20,000 nt of DNA from an uncultured virus (IMG/VR IMGVR_UViG_3300000154_000005) (Duplodnaviria > Heunggongvirae > Uroviricota > Caudoviricetes). Shown one piece after another: positions 15,750 to 20,000 of this stretch. The translations under genes and the position numbers were made by a program. Location of the stretch: the IMG/VR virus record IMGVR_UViG_3300000154_000005. One strand, 5' to 3'. Under the pieces are notes generated by a model, which saw nothing but the letters and a program-made list of their open reading frames with translations, did not search any database and had not been told where the DNA came from. The first letter of the stretch is position 1. Each line of letters starts with the position of its first letter.

Positions 15750-16310
15750 ATGTTTAGTTTAAAATCGTTTCATGATATGTGGATAAAGTCTTATGAAGAA
15801 AATCCAATCATAGAACCAGGAATACCCGTATTCGCAATACCGGCTATGCCTCGTAGTATATCAACACCCCCTTTTATATCTCCTAGAGAGACTGGTGAAT
15901 TAGTATATAGATCTAGATTAAGTAGATTAAATAAGATAAAAAATGACGTAACTATGATAGCTAAAATGATACTGCCAAATAGATTATTTGCAATCGATTA
16001 TAACCATACAATACAATGGAACAGTATTAAACCATTTGATTGTTATATTCGAATATTTGTAGATCATGAAGCTAATACTTCTAATAATCGTATGTTTATT
16101 CAACGAAGAATGATGCAAAACTCTGTAAAATGGAAGATTCCAATTATGAGAGGTGCAATTGTTCAAACTGGAGATATGAGAGGGATTAGAATAAAGATAG
16201 TGTTTGAAGAATTAAATAAAGCAGCAGTTTTACATCTTTTAGATACTATCCCTTCTATTACAGTTAAAGAAACGATTAGATTAAATAGAGTGATATTGGA
16301 GCAATCATGA
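15750..16310 (+). CDS. family B 'RLF' paralog with Pro-rich N-terminal extension (186 aa)
   Basis: PNRLFAI; ends ITVKETIRLNRVILEQS. Confidence 0.8.
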   Translation: MFSLKSFHDMWIKSYEENPIIEPGIPVFAIPAMPRSISTPPFISPRETGELVYRSRLSRLNKIKNDVTMIAKMILPNRLFAIDYNHTIQWNSIKPFDCYIRIFVDHEANTSNNRMFIQRRMMQNSVKWKIPIMRGAIVQTGDMRGIRIKIVFEELNKAAVLHLLDTIPSITVKETIRLNRVILEQS

Positions 16311-16675
16311 CTGAAAAAGAGATAATTAGAAATACAAGAACTATATGTCGAAATATACTAGGCAACCGACTTTTCATATTAGATACTTCTAGAATTAATA
16401 ATACTATGTATTTAACTATATGGTATCTACAATCTGAAGTTATTACTATTATGAGAGGTAATATTCTACTTGGAACTATTCCAACTGATGAATATTTGAA
16501 ACATAAAATAGAAGATATGTTTAGAGATAGTAAAACATATAATAAAATTAAGCATTTAATTATTAATACTAATATATTAGAGAAAAAACAAATAATGGAT
16601 ATATTCCGAATAATACCAAATCTTTCCAATAAAGAAACTAATATGTTAAATAGACATCTATTGGAACAATCGTGA
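16307..16675 (+). CDS. family B 'RLF' paralog (122 aa)
   Basis: GNRLFIL; ends LSNKETNMLNRHLLEQS. Confidence 0.8.
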   Translation: MTEKEIIRNTRTICRNILGNRLFILDTSRINNTMYLTIWYLQSEVITIMRGNILLGTIPTDEYLKHKIEDMFRDSKTYNKIKHLIINTNILEKKQIMDIFRIIPNLSNKETNMLNRHLLEQS

Positions 16676-17034
16676 CAACTGATCAATTAATAAAAGAAGT
16701 TAAAAAACTAGTTCAGAAGACTATCGGATCTAATCTGTTTATAGTAAAATATACTACAACAACAGATTATAATATTACGGCTATTTCTATCCGGTATCTA
16801 CCGATTAAAGATTTGAATTTTGAATCCTATATTAATATATCAGAATATTGGTATAATATAATTAGGAGGGATATTCTAGACCCTGATGTATTTTTCGGTG
16901 CTGATATAATAAATATATCAGTTAGAGCAGATATATTGAATAATTGTCAAACTAGAGATATGTTAAATAGAAGTAAAAATCTTTCTTCAGAAGAAGAGAA
17001 TTCACTCAGAAGACATCTATTGGAGCAATCGTGA
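16672..17034 (+). CDS. family B 'RLF' paralog (120 aa)
   Basis: GSNLFIV; ends LSSEEENSLRRHLLEQS; GTGA overlap. Confidence 0.8.
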   Translation: MTTDQLIKEVKKLVQKTIGSNLFIVKYTTTTDYNITAISIRYLPIKDLNFESYINISEYWYNIIRRDILDPDVFFGADIINISVRADILNNCQTRDMLNRSKNLSSEEENSLRRHLLEQS

Positions 17035-17381
17035 TATCGAGACGAGAAGCGGCAGAAGAAAAAGTTATTACATATGTTACTAAAATGATCAAAATTACAC
17101 TAGAAACTGAATTATTTAGAGTATGTTTAGATGAGAATAAGTATTCTAGTAATATGGATATAACTATTTTTACAAATGAGTTTGATGATTATGATTTAGA
17201 TTTTAGAAAAATATTAGATATTATGCATGGATTATTAAATATTTGGGATAATGGAGTTGTTATAAATATAAAAACTTCAGAATTGAGGGGAGAAGATGCT
17301 AGGTATATTTTAGATAATATTAAAAATATAACAAGAAAAGAGCGAAATGAATTAATTGGATTAATATTGGAGGAATCATGA
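17031..17381 (+). CDS. family B 'RLF' paralog (116 aa)
   Basis: ETELFRV; ends ITRKERNELIGLILEES. Confidence 0.8.
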   Translation: MISRREAAEEKVITYVTKMIKITLETELFRVCLDENKYSSNMDITIFTNEFDDYDLDFRKILDIMHGLLNIWDNGVVINIKTSELRGEDARYILDNIKNITRKERNELIGLILEES

Positions 17382-17641
17382 CATTTAATGAAGATAGTAT
17401 AAAACATAGTCGTCGTAATGTACAAGGTGTCGCTACTGTAGATGGTGGTTTAATTTGGTGTGATGATAAAGGAGAACTACATCGAGAAGATGGCCCGGCT
17501 ATGATTACTAATAATAAATTCGAAATATATTACAATCACGGTAATATTATGACTAAGAAACAATGGATACAATGGCTTAAATCTGGTAATCCGAGTATTT
17601 CAATTGATAAAATTACTCGTCTAATATTGGAGAATTCATGA
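17378..17641 (+). CDS. LHREDGPA-motif protein with family B tail (87 aa)
   Basis: GELHREDGPAMI; ends KITRLILENS. Confidence 0.85.
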   Translation: MTFNEDSIKHSRRNVQGVATVDGGLIWCDDKGELHREDGPAMITNNKFEIYYNHGNIMTKKQWIQWLKSGNPSISIDKITRLILENS

Positions 17642-17946
17642 TGAAAATATATCTCGATGATGAAAGAACTCCATATGATAATACTTGGATACTATTAAAA
17701 ACCCCTAAAGAAGTAATAACATTACTAAAACATCCAGAAAGGATATCTGTAATTAGTTTAGATCATGACTTAGGAGACGATGAAGGTATTGGTACTGGTT
17801 ATGATGTTTTATTATACATTGAAGAACAAGTACACTTAAATAAAAGTTTTAAATGCCCCAAATTAAAAGTTCATAGTGCTAATTCTTCTGCCCGTCTAAA
17901 GATGGAAGCTGCTATTAAATCTATTAAGAAATGTCTTAATATATGA
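17638..17946 (+). CDS. cyclic-phosphate-processing receiver (REC)-like domain protein
   Basis: KIYLDDERTP...ISLDHDLG...TGYDVL...VHSAN signature. Confidence 0.8.
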   Translation: MMKIYLDDERTPYDNTWILLKTPKEVITLLKHPERISVISLDHDLGDDEGIGTGYDVLLYIEEQVHLNKSFKCPKLKVHSANSSARLKMEAAIKSIKKCLNI

Positions 17947-18263
17947 ATAATACAACTGTACGCACTAAACCCAATATTAAAGGTGAATTAGACCAAGATG
18001 GAGATATGATATGGACTGATTCTGAAGGTAGATGGCATCGTGAAGATGGTCCAGCTATTATATATCCAGATGGGCATGTTAATTGGTTCTATCATGGGTG
18101 GTTACATCGAGAAGATGGTCCAGCTGTTGATGAATCATATGATCTTAGATGGTATGTCTATGGAATAGATATTTCAAAAGATGAGTGGCTTCAATGGCTT
18201 AAAGAAGCTGCCTCTAGTTTAGGTCGAAATACAGAATTAAAACTCATACTGGAGCATAGTTAA
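17943..18263 (+). CDS. LHREDGPA-repeat protein (two repeats) with family B tail
   Basis: WHREDGPA and LHREDGPA; ends ELKLILEHS. Confidence 0.85.
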   Translation: MNNTTVRTKPNIKGELDQDGDMIWTDSEGRWHREDGPAIIYPDGHVNWFYHGWLHREDGPAVDESYDLRWYVYGIDISKDEWLQWLKEAASSLGRNTELKLILEHS

Positions 18264-18598
18264 TGCCAAATGACATATACGATGAAGAATTATTTATTCC
18301 CAATTTAAATGGGGATGAATGTAAATATGGTGATCGTGTATGGACTGATTCTGATGGATTATTTCATAGAGAAAATGGACCAGCAATTATTTATAAAACT
18401 GGTGCCGAATATTGGTATTGTAGAGGCGTGTTACATAGAGAAGATGGTCCTGCTTGCATTTGGAAAAGTGGAAATATTAATGAATGGTATATTGATGGTG
18501 AATATATAACGAAAGATGAATGGATTCAATACTTAAGAGATGGTAAATCCTCTCTGGATCAAAAGACAATCAACAGAATCATACTGGAGAATAGTTAA
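18263..18598 (+). CDS. LHREDGPA-repeat protein (two repeats) with family B tail
   Basis: FHRENGPA and LHREDGPA; ends TINRIILENS. Confidence 0.85.
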   Translation: MPNDIYDEELFIPNLNGDECKYGDRVWTDSDGLFHRENGPAIIYKTGAEYWYCRGVLHREDGPACIWKSGNINEWYIDGEYITKDEWIQYLRDGKSSLDQKTINRIILENS

Positions 18599-18600
18599 TA

Positions 18601-18939
18601 ATGAGTAAACATTATACAATTGACATATATCCACCTAATCTTAAAGGTGAAACTGATGAAGATGGTGACCATTTAATATGGACAAATACATACGGAGAAC
18701 TACATAGAGAAGATGGGTATGCTTTTGTAAATACAAGTACAGGAAATAAATATTGGTTTAATAATGGGTTATTACATAGAGAAGATGGACCAGCTATAAT
18801 ATTTAATAATGATAATCCAGATAGATGGTATATTATTGATAAAGAAATATCTAAAATTGAATGGATACAGAGGCTTAAAGATGGTAAATCATCTTTGGAT
18901 CAAAAAACAATAACAAAACTAATTTTAAAATGGTCATAA
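18601..18939 (+). CDS. LHREDGPA-repeat protein (two repeats), last gene of the array
   Basis: LHREDGYA and LHREDGPA; ends TITKLILKWS. Confidence 0.85.
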   Translation: MSKHYTIDIYPPNLKGETDEDGDHLIWTNTYGELHREDGYAFVNTSTGNKYWFNNGLLHREDGPAIIFNNDNPDRWYIIDKEISKIEWIQRLKDGKSSLDQKTITKLILKWS

Positions 18940-18944
18940 CAAAT

Positions 18945-18977
18945 AAAGAGTAACGTATATTATTACGATTACTCTTT
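18945..18977. terminator. hairpin between convergent genes (probably bidirectional)
   Basis: AAAGAGTAA-CGTA...TACG-A-TTACTCTTT with A/T flanks. Confidence 0.7.
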
Positions 18978-18992
18978 TATTTCTTTATTTCT

Positions 18993-19160
18993 TTATGTCT
19001 TTTTTCTACAAAAGAATATAACACCTTTCTTTGATGGTCTTTTAAATGGCATTTCTTGTTGAAATTTGAAATGTGGCGGTACTCCTTCTGAGTAAAATAG
19101 GTTTTGTATACAGCCTTCCAGGAACAAATAGTTGTTCTTCCGAATACGGAATGCTTTCAT
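18993..19160 (-). CDS. small basic protein (55 aa), below the ORF-track size cutoff
   Basis: MKAFRIRKNNYLFLEGCIQNLFYSEGVPPHFKFQQEMPFKRPSKKGVIFFCRKKT; AAGGA RBS; promoter motif at 19197-19208. Confidence 0.7.
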   Translation of the reverse strand: MKAFRIRKNNYLFLEGCIQNLFYSEGVPPHFKFQQEMPFKRPSKKGVIFFCRKKT

Positions 19161-19196
19161 AGTAAAAATCCTTTGTAAAAGAGGAAATAGTATTTT

Positions 19197-19278
19197 ATTA
19201 TATCTATATCAAAACTAGATAAAAGTAAAAAATAGCTTGTATGTTTTTATTTACGTAGCAGGAATATATAGATATAAT
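19197..19278. promoter_or_regulatory. divergent promoter pair (19197-19208 minus; 19267-19278 plus)
   Basis: Two exact TATAGATATAAT copies in opposite orientation. Confidence 0.75.
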
Positions 19279-19374
19279 ATATTGGGGCCTAAATATTAAT
19301 ATTATTTTTTAAAGTCTTATACACTATATAGGATTAGTAACATTCTTAAATGATATAAAAAGGTATATAATTTA

Positions 19375-19893
19375 ATGAAACAACTTATCACTGAAACTAA
19401 AACAAAAATTATTGAGTATGCTGGAGGTGGGGCTGCATATCAAGAATCACAAGATCTAGTATCATCAAGTGGAAAAACAATATTAACAAACCCAAAATAT
19501 CTATTAAGTGGGTCCATTGTTCTTCCAAGTAACGCTACTAAATTTACATTAATAAGAGCATATGCTGCTAGTTATGTAAATGTGATATCAAGAGATGGAT
19601 CTCCTACATTTCTAAAGATTATTGTTGATGATGATATGGACGCTACTAATGTTGAAGTAGTAGAAACAGCATTCACACTATATACTTCAATGTTTATGTA
19701 TTCTAATCCAGATCTTCCAATTATTATTGCACTTGGTAATGGAAATTTGGATGTAGATCCTATAACTGGAAATCTATTACCCACTCTTGGTGCACAAGAA
19801 CAATCAATTGAATATACTATTGCTTCACATAATTTAGAGTTCTCTGATGTTGACTTTAGTGCATTTAGTGCAGTAACTGGTAATTCTTTCTAA
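19375..19893 (+). CDS. hypothetical protein (172 aa), possibly a virion component
   Basis: AAGGT RBS; composition rich in Ser, Thr, Ala and Gly; no family recognised. Confidence 0.8.
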   Translation: MKQLITETKTKIIEYAGGGAAYQESQDLVSSSGKTILTNPKYLLSGSIVLPSNATKFTLIRAYAASYVNVISRDGSPTFLKIIVDDDMDATNVEVVETAFTLYTSMFMYSNPDLPIIIALGNGNLDVDPITGNLLPTLGAQEQSIEYTIASHNLEFSDVDFSAFSAVTGNSF

Positions 19894-19923
19894 TATAGAA
19901 TCACCACGTTTTCAAAGATTTGA

Positions 19924-19935
19924 TATAGATATTAT
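19924..19935 (+). promoter_or_regulatory. putative phage promoter, variant TATAGATATTAT
   Basis: Motif copy followed directly by two hairpins. Confidence 0.65.
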
Positions 19936-19941
19936 ATATAA

Positions 19942-20000
19942 AGAATTAGGACTTGTCCTAGTTCTCACAGATTTAACCTTCGGGTTAATCCCTGGAGTTT
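19942..20000 (+). other. start of a structured RNA or leader, truncated by the window edge
   Basis: Hairpins AGAATTAGGA-CTTG-TCCTAGTTCT (19942-19965) and GATTTAACC-TTCG-GGTTAATC (19970-19990, cUUCGg loop). Confidence 0.45.

Noticed and set aside
15132..18598. ILE-x-S tails as T4-type prohead protease cleavage sites
   Set aside because: The (L/I)xE match is real, but cleavage would remove only two residues, and the LE codons are explained by the embedded GGAG RBS.
15132..18939. Array as an integron cassette array
   Set aside because: The genes overlap or abut with no room for attC sites, and no integrase is visible.
4339..19784. ORF-track calls 4339..4551, 7190..7408, 8531..8746, 12038..12250, 14088..14327, 14647..14847, 15984..16166, 16276..16686, 17189..17425, 18309..18509 and 19572..19784
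   Set aside because: They are antisense or out-of-frame overlaps of better-supported genes in coupled operons, with no promoter-motif support.
1..20000. Stop-codon reassignment as in some large phages
   Set aside because: Long genes read uninterrupted in the standard code, and TAA, TGA and TAG all end genes at sensible operon junctions.

Overview
AT-rich window that looks like part of a large (jumbo-type) DNA phage genome using the standard genetic code. The left end holds an RNA polymerase beta-prime (RpoC-like) gene that the ORF track missed because it runs off the window (2248 to <1, minus strand). It has the Zn-finger, the NADFDGD catalytic motif and the bridge helix in one unbroken frame. 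Genes run leftward to ~7.5 kb and mostly rightward from ~8.3 kb, with an ~800 bp structured non-coding gap at the switch. A 12-bp motif, TATAGATAT(A/T)AT, was found 12 times, always in inferred intergenic positions and pointing into transcription units, so it is probably the phage promoter. Most notable are two sets of tandem, translationally coupled small genes. In each set, unrelated or diverged N-terminal domains share a short C-terminal tail. Family A (11 genes) ends ...P(T/S)xxVxxYxKLxWS and family B (10 genes) ends ...(I/L)LExS. The tail DNA usually also supplies the Shine-Dalgarno of the next gene and is near-identical between some neighbours. Several promoter-driven units lack a long ORF: a multi-hairpin RNA at ~10.0-10.2 kb, a 16-codon micro-gene at ~3.0 kb and a hairpin leader at the right edge. 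Recognisable accessory genes are a radical SAM enzyme, AP2-domain proteins, DUF7662-like proteins, a cyclic-phosphate-processing receiver domain protein and LHREDGPA-repeat proteins. All family assignments are from motif recognition by eye, not from database searches.
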